A stretch of DNA of 63,529 bases, counting the filler, from Reclinomonas americana ATCC 50394 (Eukaryota), in the NCBI GenBank assembly GCA_048213135.1. It is 11 parts of 10 records of this genome, joined end to end, with 100 filler letters (N's around TTAATTAATTAA, not from the genome) between each part and the next. Parts side by side here need not be neighbours in the genome. Positions count along the whole stretch, not along the records: positions 21,289 to 34,714 come from PS016003.1; positions 34,815 to 39,868 come from PS016003.1; 9 more parts are not named here. The stretch is one strand, 5' to 3'. The notes under the pieces were generated by a model. That model made no database searches. It worked only from the letters and a program-made list of their open reading frames with translations, and was not told the origin of the DNA. The translations under genes were made by a program, and so were the position numbers. Below are positions 28,201 to 39,397 of this stretch, piece after piece; the first letter of the stretch is position 1, and each line of letters starts with the position of its first letter.

Positions 28201-31200
28201 TGTCGCGCTGTCGTGATACTGCTGGCAATCACAACCTGATGTTCTTTTGTCGACGCAGAGTCGTGGATCGGCTGGACCATTGTGGCTGTGCCGTTTGTCG
28301 TCGGGACCTCGGTGCGTCGTTTCTCTCTGCTTCCATTGTGCACGCCCTGGTTGTACTCATTGTCTCCCCCCAAACAGATCCTTCCCATGGTCAAGTGGTA
28401 TCACACACTGAATGTGTCGCGCTCGATTCTTTTCGGTCTCGTCAGCGTTCTGCTTTTCGCCTTTATCTGGACTCTGTTGCGTCATTGTCGTGATGCAATG
28501 ACTCTTGCCGTCGGTGTCTGACATGTTGACGCACTCAGCTACATGGCCCTCATGTATACGCGCATCATTGATCGCAACGACAAGAGTGCCAGTCTGGCAA
28601 TCCTCTTGGTTTACTTTTCGTATCCGACGCTGGTGCTGGCCATCAGTGCCTTTATCGTGTGGTGCGTGCGTGGCGTTCCTCTTTCTTCTTTTCTTGGTTG
28701 CCATTCAGCTGACACCCTTCCGCAGGCGCGAGAATCGCTGGAAGCTGACGAGTGTCGTCTTTTGGTGCCTCCTGCTGTGCGCACTTCTCGTTCTGGCCCT
28801 GGCCATTGCCGTCACGGTCGTGCTGAGTGTGGCAGCGGGTCTGGCGCTCTTTGGAGTGTTTGCGTTGTTGGTGGTGGCCGTCGTTGCGTGCTGTACTCCG
28901 ACAAATGTCGTGAACTACTGAATAGAGAGGCTAACTGCCTGGGCGGCTGCTGGCGATAGGTGTCGATTGTCATCTGGGTGCGACACGATTTCCAGGCGCC
29001 CACACTGCTGCGCCAGATCGTCGTCACCAGCGCACTGGTGCTGATTGCCGCCGGCATTGGCATCGGCTTTGCCGTCAACCAGGCGTTTGCCGGCTTTAGT
29101 GTGGCTTTCGGTGTGGCCTTTGTCGGTCTCCTGTTCCGTGGTGCTCGCTACGTGCTCGATCGGTATGTGGGCCCTGTCGCATGCTCTCGCTTCCCGTCAA
29201 CTGTGTTGACAAGATGTCCACACGCACAGGTACACGTTGAATCGCTTGTACTGCGTTTCGAGTCCATTCGTTGCGTGCTCCACATTTCGTCCTCCGCCAC
29301 TGCGGCGCTAACAATCGCCGGCACAGGTCTTCCCGCTGTTCAAGTACGACTCGACGAGCGACTCGGTCAAGTCGTACAATCGCAGCATCAGCTCCCTTTG
29401 TTGCGTCTCTCTTGTGCGGTCCGAAGAAGTGCGGTCTCGCGGTGTTCACATGCTGCCGCCAACTCAGACATGTCATTCTTCGTGCTCCTGTGGTGGGGTG
29501 CGGCGGCCACGGTGTTCCTCTCGCCTGCCTGGATCGGCATGGCCGTGGCGTCGCTGGCGGTGCTCCTGTGCTTCATCCTCACGCTCGACGCACTGCGCCG
29601 TCCCCAGGAGGCCTTTACCAGTGTGGCCGATTACGTGACACCCGCACTCATTGCGCGTGCCCACGAAGAGGTGAATAGAGAGGTGTGCGCACATATATTG
29701 ACCACTGATTGTCTGACTGGCTCGACGCGGTGGTGTGTGTGTGTGCAGGCCGACAGTCGCTTCTCCGAGTTCCAGTTGAACCGACTGCATCCCGACATGG
29801 ACGACCAACCGCAGCCACACGGTGCTTCGGGATCGACGGTGCCGGCCATGGGAGGCCACCCCATCAGTCCCACCAACATTGTGCTGAACGAGCCAGCTGA
29901 CCAAGGACCGCGCGGTGCCGGTCCCGCACCGGATGTCGCACCTGCGAGCGAGGGACCGGTGCCAGCGAGCGAGTTGGAGCGGCGCATCGGTGCCATGTCG
30001 CTGGGCTACAGAGAAGGCGACCATGCCAACTGGCTGCAGCTCCAGGAGTACAACCGCCTCATCAACGAGGCGCACAAGCAGGAGCAGCAGCGCATCGCTT
30101 ACTTCCGTGTTGCGTTGGGGCAGCGTGTTTTTCTCCCTTGATGGCTTGTGCTGAATTCTCGTGAATAGTTGCATGTGCTGATGGCCGCCAGTGCCGCCCG
30201 ACGCGCCGACGAGGCCGAGTTCAACGAATTCGTCGGCCTGCAGATTCGCGAGTTGCAGGCGCAGCAGGATGCCGCCAATGCCGCCATTGTGGCTGTTTCG
30301 TGCTTCTCCTCTTTCTCGTGTTTTTCTTATCGAGTCCGTGGCTCACTGGTGAGAACACGCAGGCGGGTGACGACCCCACTGCGCGACGCAATGCGGAAGC
30401 CTCGCGGGCGTTTTGCGAAAAGGCCATTCGCGTGTATCGTGACATTCAGACGGGCAAGCTGACGTTGCGCGCTGTAGCCTGTCGTTGTGGTGTCGACGAT
30501 TGACCGCTGACCATTCTTGTTGTTCTTGATTGTGTCGTGCAGTCGGGTCAGCGACCAGGATAACGCGCTCGTGCGTCACGACTTCCGTGCGTTCAAGGTC
30601 AAGCGCGAGGCTGAGATTGCCGAGCAACGCCGTCGCAAGCGTGAGGACGAGGAGGCAGAGCGACAGCGGTGAGTGTCTTTGTTTCCATTGTATGTACTTG
30701 GAAGTAGCATTGGCTGAGAGACCGAGACAGTCGTGAGTTGGTGCGACGGCAGCGCGAGGAGGAAGAACGCCGACAGCGGGAAGAAATGATGCGCCTCGGC
30801 GGCGGTGGCGGCGGCGATGGCGGTGGTGTCTCGCCGTCGGCAGTTGGCATGGCCGTGGCTGCGCAGGAGCAGCTCATTGCGCGCATGCGGCAGGAGTTCG
30901 ACGCCATGCTGCGCAGCGAGCAGCAACGTCGTGACGAGGCCGAGCAGAGGCGAGCTGCCGCAGAGACCGAGCTTACGCGCCTGCGCAACGAGATCAGTGG
31001 AGCGCATGAGGACCACGGCACCGCGCAGAGCCGCATCGCCGAGCTGGAACGGCAGTTGCGCGAGGCCTCGGCCATCGCCTTGCACCTCGACCAGGAGGCG
31101 GCGGAGGCTCGTCAGTCGCTGCAGGCAAGTGAGCAACGCGCGGCTGATTTGGAGCGCCAGGTGATGGAGGGACGAGCGCGCCCCGCCGACGACGCCAATC

Positions 31201-34200
31201 GTGCCATGCTGGAAGAGCTCACTGTGGCGCGTGATCGAGTTGCGTCTTGTGTCTCTGTTGCTGTCAATCGATCCTTTCCGTGATGCTAATCGCATGACAG
31301 GCCATGGACCAAGTGCGACAGTCCACAACGCAGCTGGAGCAGGAACGTGCACATTCGCAGTCACTGCAGCAGGAACTCAATACACTGCGCGCGCAAGCTT
31401 CGCGAAACACCGACTCCAGTGCCAGTGTTCCAGCAGCCACGCAGCAGCAAATTCAGTTGCTGGAACGACAATTGCGTGCGGTGCGTGACTGCATATGCAA
31501 CACAGTCTGGTGTTGTGTGCTGACACGCATTTTATTTCGTGTGGTTAGTCAACGGACCGTGCGGATCGGCTGCAGGCCGAAGTCTCCCAGCTGCACGACG
31601 CTCTGCAGGCGACTCAGACGGAGCTGCACACGGCGCAGGACCGTCTGCATGCTGCACTGCAGGTGTGCAGCGCGACATGAGTGGAGCGTGTGGAGCTCAC
31701 TGCTCACTTTCTCTCGCTCACAGAACACGTCGGCTTCGACGGCGGAGATGGAGGCTGCCAAGCGTGCACAGGCAGAGGTAACTTTTTCCACAGAGAGATA
31801 TCTTGCATCTGTGCACTGACACTGCGCCATGGTGCAGGCGGAGCGTCGCATGGCCGCGGCCACTTCCAATCTCGAGGTGGAGCGCCGACGAGTGTTGGAG
31901 GCGAGTTGATGCACCAGTACTTTCCTCTCGGTGGCCTCTCTTGTTCTCATGTCGCGCACCATTCATCAGTTGGAGAGTCAACTCGGCACCGCGCAAGCGA
32001 CAGCACGCGAGGCCACTGCACAGCTGCAACAGCTGCGCGTGCGTGCGGAGCGTGCCGAGGAAGAAGTGCGCAAGAGTCGGCAGGAGATCGCCACGCGGGA
32101 TGCACGCATCACCGAGTTGCAAGAGGCCACGCAAAATGCCCGTCGCGACCTGGTTCTCGCGCAGCGCCGCATTGCGGAGCTTGAGGTGCTGTTGGCGCAC
32201 GCTTCGGCCGGTGGCGCAGTGGGCGGTGGTGGCGGCGGTGGTGCGCCTGCGTTGATTCCTGTGGCTCCAGTCATTAGTGGAGGTGGATTGCGTCCGCGTC
32301 GCGGCCCCACCATCGAGTCGATTATTGCCGAGTGCAAGTCGGCCGGCCGCAAGTGGCGAGACACGACATTTTCGTCAAACGACTGCCTGCACATTAATCC
32401 GCGACGGCCCTCCAAGAGTGCGTTGTGTCTTGCATCGCTTCCCTTTCGCGTGGCTGGTCTCTCACTGCAACACTCGCCACAATTGTGTTTCGCAGCGTAC
32501 CAAGTACGCGAATGGAAAGATCCGTCGTCAATTGCCGACACACCAGCCGTGTTTGTGGAGGCACCGACAACCGATGCATTTGGACCCGGCACTCGCGTCC
32601 GTCAAGGGGTCTGTGTTGTGCTGATGTGGCATGAATCGATTGTTTGACTGACTCGTGGTGTGTTGGCAGTCACTCGGCGGTACTGTTCCCACATTGTACT
32701 GCTGTATTTATGACTGTGCAGAGTGACTTACATGTGCTTGTTTGCTTCCATGTGTGTCGCTGCGATTGTTGTTTGACGCAGAGTTGCGTCACCTTGATTG
32801 CATGTCTTCTGTCTTGCATCACTGATGTCTCATCCCACCGCGATCTTGCACAGTTGCTACTTCCTCAGCGCACTCTCGGTTCGTTTTATCACCACTTTTC
32901 TTCTGCTGGTGTGCGTGCATGTTGTTGACCATGTGCACGCCCGTACAGGTACTTGGCAAGTACGGCGACCGCCTTCGCGATCTGTTTGTGGTCAACACGC
33001 GCCAGCAGATGCCTGGTGAAGAGAGCACGGATGTGGGCGGACCAGCGGTGTCGCTTGACGACTGCATCAAGTGGGGAGTGTGCGTAACTGTGGTAGCAGT
33101 CTGCTTCATCGTGACTTGACGCTGATCGACATGCATGCAGCTTCAACATCAAGTTCTACAAGGAGGGCAAGTGGGTGTCGGTGTTTGTGGACGACAGGTG
33201 AGATGCTGCATGGCCGTTGTCCTCACTGGCGCGCAGCTCACTCACTCCCAAACACAGTTTGCCCACATTCAACATGCACCCGTCGTTTGGACGCTCCGTG
33301 CGCGATGACGAGTTTTGGGTTTCGCTGCTGGAAAAGGTTTGCCGCGGTGCACTGGTGTTGATGCAGTGCCCCCGTTGTCGCTGACTGGAGTGAGTTGCAG
33401 GCGTACGCCAAGGTCCACGGCAGCTACGAAGCCATTGTCGGCGGTCAAGTGTCCAACGGTGCCCATATTCGCTCGTGTCGTTTTCTGATGGTTGTGGGGT
33501 ACTCACATCTTGTCGAACAGCACTGGTGGATTTGACGGGCGGTGGCGGCACGCTGATCGACCTCACCGACACCAAGGTGAAGCTGGATGTGGACAGCGGG
33601 CATCTCTTTGATCAACTGCTGCAGTACTACAAGGCCGGTCATCTCATTGGCGCCGGCTCGGTGGATGGCATGGGTCGCGGTGATGCGGCCACCGTGCGTG
33701 GTATTNNNNNNNNNNNNNNNNNNNNNNNNNNNNNNNNNNNNNNNNNNNNNNNNNNNNNNNNNNNNNNNNNNNNNNNNNNNNNNNNNNNNNNNNNNNNNNN
33801 NNNNNNNNNNNNNNNNNNNNNNNNNNNNNNNNNNNNNNNNNNNNNNNNNNNNNNNNNNNNNNNNNNNNNNNNNNNNNNNNNNNNNNNNNNNNNNNNNNNN
33901 NNNNNNNNNNNNNNNNNNNNNNNNNNNNNNNNNNNNNNNNNNNNNNNNNNNNNNNNNNNNNNNNNNNNNNNNNNNNNNNNNNNNNNNNNNNNNNNNNNNN
34001 NNNNNNNNNNNNNNNNNNNNNNNNNNNNNNNNNNNNNNNNNNNNNNNNNNNNNNNNNNNNNNNNNNNNNNNNNNNNNNNNNNNNNNNNNNNNNNNNNNNN
34101 NNNNNNNNNNNNNNNNNNNNNNNNNNNNNNNNNNNNNNNNNNNNNNNNNNNNNNNNNNNNNNNNNNNNNNNNNNNNNNNNNNNNNNNNNNNNNNNNNNNN

Positions 34201-35324
34201 NNNNNNNNNNNNNNNNNNNNNNNNNNNNNNNNNNNNNNNNNNNNNNNNNGTGCAGGGCCATGCGTACGCCATTCTGGGTGTGGCACAAGAGGACTCGTAC
34301 CGCCTTCTCCGCCTGCGCAACCCGTGGGCCTCCACCGAGTGGGAGGGCGACTGGGGCGACAAGGACCGCGTGCACTGGACGCCGCGTATGAAGAGCAAGC
34401 TCGGCTGGTGCGTGTGACAGGAGAAGGAGAGTGTTGATCGCCAGAGGGACTCATTGGTGGCGGCGATGTGTTCGCAGGGAGGATGTGGACGACGGCAGCT
34501 TCTGGATGGAGTGGACTGATTTCGCTCGCTTCTTCGACACGGTGTATGTGTGCCGTCTGTTCGACGGTTGGAGACGCACACAAGTCAACAACAAGTGGGA
34601 GGGTGCGACCGCGGGTGGCTGCCGATCGGGCGCCGGCGATATTGCCAGCAATGTGCAATACTTGCTCAACGTGACGCAGACGACGCAAGTCTTTATTCAA
34701 CTCATTCAGGCTCCNNNNNNNNNNNNNNNNNNNNNNNNNNNNNNNNNNNNNNNNNNNNTTAATTAATTAANNNNNNNNNNNNNNNNNNNNNNNNNNNNNN
34801 NNNNNNNNNNNNNNGCTGGTGAGCTGGCTATCGACTATGAATCGTTGACGCGCATTGCTGACTCACATGTTACGCGCAGCGTGAGTCGCAAGCGTTCTCC
34901 ACGCACGTGACTTACGAAAACCACCCGATTGGCCTGAAACTGGTCTCCAAGCGCGGCAAGCGAGTGCAAAACGGTGCGTCAGCCATTGTCGTGCCGTGTT
35001 TTTGTGATCTCGTTGTGCTGACTGGGAGTGATTTTGGTGCAGTGTACACACGAGAGGTGGTGGCCACAAGTGGTTCCTTTGTTGCGTACACGAGAGTGGG
35101 CACAGCGGGTAGCGCGGCTCATCGAAAAACCAACTATGTACACGCACGCACAGATCAATTCGACACAAGTGAGCGTGGAGCTGGCGCTGGAGCCGTCCAA
35201 GTGCCCCGTGACCATTGTGCCATGCTGCTACGACAAGGGCGAGGAGGGTCGGTACACACTCATGGTGTTCTCCGACAAGGACGTGGACTTCCGCATGCTC
35301 GACAGCAGCGTGGCTGCCGACTGA
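25215..35324 (+). CDS. DEK1-like transmembrane calpain (large multi-TM region, coiled coil, CysPc, C2-like)
   Basis: Many hydrophobic exons at 25550-29600 and coiled coil at 30200-32200. CysPc: [61 protein letters not shown]2[10 protein letters not shown]. Confidence 0.85.
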
Positions 35325-35679
35325 GAACTGTATCTCCCTCATCAATAAACCCTCCTCCCGACAAGCACACCGGTTGAACTCGCTTTCGATTTACGTGCCG
35401 CCGACAAGAAACAAACGCATGCACATCACACACAGAGAGGAGGGGGAGAGACAGAGAGAGATGGTGGGGGGAGAGATACACACAAGCGACAGAGAAGAGT
35501 GGGAGTGGGTGAGAGACACCTCGCTCGTTCTCCTCTGCTCCTGCTCTCCTCTTCCTCCTTCCTCGTCTTCTACCACCCCCGCACCTCTGCGGCAACACAC
35601 ACACGACTGCTCCTTGACAAACGTCGCTGCTACACAAGCTGGAACTGGGTGCCCCTGCAGCCGAGGGGCAACGGCCCCA

Positions 35680-36629
35680 TTACTCACTGCCATCAGTGTA
35701 CTGCTGCGGGTACAGCATGACGCGGATGGGTGCGCCAAATGCCTGCGGAGGGACGTTCTTGCTGAAGCGGACGCGCACGACACCCGAGTTGCCGTGAGGG
35801 CGTGCAATGCGGCCCCAGATCACACGGCTCGTGGTGGCGCCCTTGATGTTGGCGCGGCCACCGCGAGGCTTCTGCTCACACAAAAACACGCATAATCAAC
35901 AATCGAGCTCAACGAAACATGCACACAAGAAGGCAGTGAAGCGAACCTGTGCGTTGGACTTCTTCACGTGGTACACGTATGCCACGCGCTGCATCATCAT
36001 CATGACACCATGTCAGTCAAGTCATGACTCCCCTCTCTCACTGATCTCTCATTCTTGCAATCACCTTGCCCAGGTAGTAACGAGCATCCTCGGGTGTGCG
36101 CACGCCCTCAATCTGGCACAGAGCGACGCTGAGGTGCTGCTTGTGGTGCGATCTGTGTGTTTGGAAGAGTGAGCGACATGGCGCACGGGCATGAACAACA
36201 CTCGCACAACGTTCTCTCTTCTGTCTCTCTCTCACACATTGAATACACACACACATGCAGACGATAGCAGTTGCACATGCACACACGCACACAGAGCAAG
36301 CCACAGAGTGCGTGAGAGAGAGAGAGTGAATGCGCGAGTACCGTGATCCGCATGCGCGCATGCACCACCAGCACCACTCGCCCCCAACGACTCACACACT
36401 CACATTCTCCACTACGCACACACACACGCACACCAGCAACACAGACACACAACACGCACACACGACTATTCACACACACAAGAGCAGTGCGCGTGACATG
36501 TGCCCTCCCCTCACTTCCACCACAAAGACGCTCAACGCGAAACAAAAACAGCCACACTCAGCACACGCACCGTTGGTAGCCGAGCACATTGCCTCGGACG
36601 TGCAGACGCGACGAAACCGACTTGGTCAT
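35680..36629 (-). CDS. RPL35A: 60S ribosomal protein L35a (eL33), 4 exons
   Basis: [57 protein letters not shown]. Confidence 0.95.
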
Positions 36630-36711
36630 TCCGTAAACAATCGAAAGTAAGTGAGTGATGGGACAGTTGCCGGCACGCGAGCCCGCACTGTCCTCTGTCC
36701 CTTCAATCACC

Positions 36712-39291
36712 ATGGCAAACTTTGTCACGATTCCCTCCTCGTCTTCCTCCTCCTCCTCCGCGTCCTCGTGTGAGCTTGGCTCATGCGGGCTTGTGTGGCT
36801 GTGTGTGTGCATGGTGCTCGCGAGTGTCGTGTTTGTCGCTGTCCGTGAGCTCGCGCGATGGATGCTGCAGCATGTGTTGATGCCCTCGGTGCCAAAGGGA
36901 ACTGCACTGGCCACTGCCTTTCATAGGTGAGAGATAAGAGAGAGAAAAAGAGAGAAAGTTGGGGAGACAAGGGAGGAGGGCGGACATGGAAGAATGTAGT
37001 GTGTGTGACGCAACAAGGAGGTGCTTTTGACTTGCAATGCTTTTTGTGATGACGTGTTTTTTGATTGCAGGTGCATGGCGAGTACAAAACAGTTTCCGGA
37101 CGGCATTCGATTGCCTGCACGACATGCGGAGTTGACCAAGAGGTGCTGCCCTCGTCATACTACAGTTGTCTTCCGCTGTGTGGGATATTCATCAATTTTT
37201 TTCGGTAGATTTCTTCCGCCGCACTGGCGACTGATGCTCGAGTGGTTCCCGTCGTTTTGCGTGAAACACCGCTTCTCGTACATGCCGGGCATTGGAGCGT
37301 GTGTGGTGGCGCGCACGCGGTATATTGATGAGGAGGTGGAGCAGGCGTTGCGCGATCCGCGGCCCATGGCGTCGCTGCCGGAGCGCGAGGTCAAGTTCCG
37401 CCAGTTTGTGGTGTTGGGCGCGGGATTTGATACGCGGGGGTGGCAGTATGCGGAGGAGTCGCGGCGGGCGGGGGTGAAGTGGTTTGAGGGTGCGGGCGGA
37501 GGGGGGAATGGAGGGGAAGGGAGAGGGGGAAGAGGGGGAAGGGAGGAGGGCGGTAGGATGTGTTGTCTCTCACTCCTTCTCTCGCCAAGAGTGTGAAGCA
37601 GTCTGTTCCTTCATTGTCTTTCTCTCACTCTTTCTTTCGATTGTGTGGCCAAGAGTGTGCAGTGGTCTCCGTGTTCACTCAGAAAGACGACGCAGTCGCC
37701 TTATCAGTCCCTCACTCTTTCTCTTCTCGATTGTTTGCTCGAGAACGTACTGTAGTCTCCGTGTACATGTTCAAAGAAAGAGGATGAAACCACTGCAGAG
37801 TCTGTTTCTCGCTCTTTCACTTCTCGATTGCGAAGCCAAGAGTGCGGCAGTCACTGTGTTCACTCAAAAAGACGACGCAGTCGCAGCAGTGTTTGTGTCT
37901 CTCACTCCTTCTCTCGCCAAGAGTGTGACGCAGGCTATGTTCCTTCAGACGTACTGCAGTGTCTTTCTCTCACTCTTTCTCTTCTCGATTGTGTGGCCAA
38001 GAGTGTACAGTTGCCTCTATGTTCGCTCAGAAAGACAGCGGTGTCTGTTTCTCGCTCTTTCACTTCTCGATTGCAAAGCCAAGAGTGCGGCAGTCTCTGT
38101 GTTCACTAAGAAAGACGACGCAGTCACTGTTGTCTCTCACTCTTTCTCTTCTCGATTGTGTGTGGCTCGAGAGTGTGCAGTAGTCTTCGTGGTCACTAAG
38201 GAAGACGACGCATGCGCAGTCACCTTATCAGTCCCTCACTCTTTCTCTCCTCGATTGTGTGGCTCAGGTGTGAGCAGTAGTCTCCGTGGTAACTCGAGAC
38301 GACGGTGCACGCACTCCAGTGCCTATCTCTCTTTCTCTTTCTCTTCTCAAGAGTGTGCAGTAGTCTCCGTGAGACGATGCAGTGATGCGTTCTGGTTGCA
38401 AGACCTCTCGTGTTACCTCCTATTCGTCTCTCTCCTCTTCATCTTTGTAGATTCAGTCGCTGCACGCATCTGAGTGTTGAGCAGTCATTCTCTTTCTCTT
38501 TCTTATCTGTCTCACCCTCTGTCTCCCATGCCCGCCGCGCAGTGGACTTGGCGCCCATGCAAGAGTACAAGAAGCAACAGCTGACGCCGGAGGAGCTGCA
38601 GGTTTGCTGAAGACAAACACTCCACCGTCACTCCGTGTTTCACTGACGCCCGCCCGCGCACAGATGGTCACCTTCATTCCGGTCGACTTCACCGCGGGTC
38701 AGTACGCGCTGCGCGATGCGCTCGTCAACTGCCCGTCGTTCGAGCAGAATGCACGCACACTGTACATTTGGGAGGGCGTGACATACTACCTGAAGCCGGA
38801 GGAGGTCGATGCGGTGCTTGTCAGCCTGCGCCAGGTGTCAGGACCGCGCTCGGAGATTGTCTTCGATTTCGTGTGGCATACGGATATCATGCGCCCCGAC
38901 CTGCCGCCGCCAACACGCTACGGGTACGTGTAACAAAGCGTGCCTATCTGTGGGGGGTAAGGCCACTCGCTGATTCACATTTCCCCTGATGCTTTCTGCA
39001 GCATGCGATTCCTCAACGAGGTCGTGCGTCAGCGATACGGCGAACCGCTGTTTTCCGGCATGCCCGACGGTTCGTGCAGCCAGCCTACCAGCTCCTCTGT
39101 GATGCCACCTCTCACGCCCTCGATGCCTCACATGCACAGGCAATCTGAGCACGTTCTTCGCCGATCGCGGATACCTCGTCATGCGCTGCGTGACACCCGA
39201 CGAGGCCCAGAAGCGCTACCTGACCGACAGCAGCGCCGGCATGTCAATCAAGCCGGTCAGTCTCAACTACGCCACTGTCTCACTTCTCTGA
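36712..39291 (+). CDS. LCM/ML2640-family SAM-dependent methyltransferase (start uncertain)
   Basis: TALATAFHR, ARTRYIDE, QFVVLGAGFDTR, FEVDL, TLYIWEGVTYYL, GEPLFSG. Confidence 0.85.
37560..38390. repeat. ~75-bp unit minisatellite in methyltransferase intron
   Basis: Recurrent ctcactctttctcttctcgattgtgtggccaagagtgtgcagt..gttcactcagaaagacgacgcagtc. Confidence 0.85.
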
Positions 39292-39397
39292 CAAATCCCT
39301 CCTCTCTCTCTCTCCTTCCATGCCCTCCCTTCCAACGTCAATGAACACCGCGGAGGATTGTTGTGAGTTGTCCTCCGACTCGATCAATCGCACAAGA

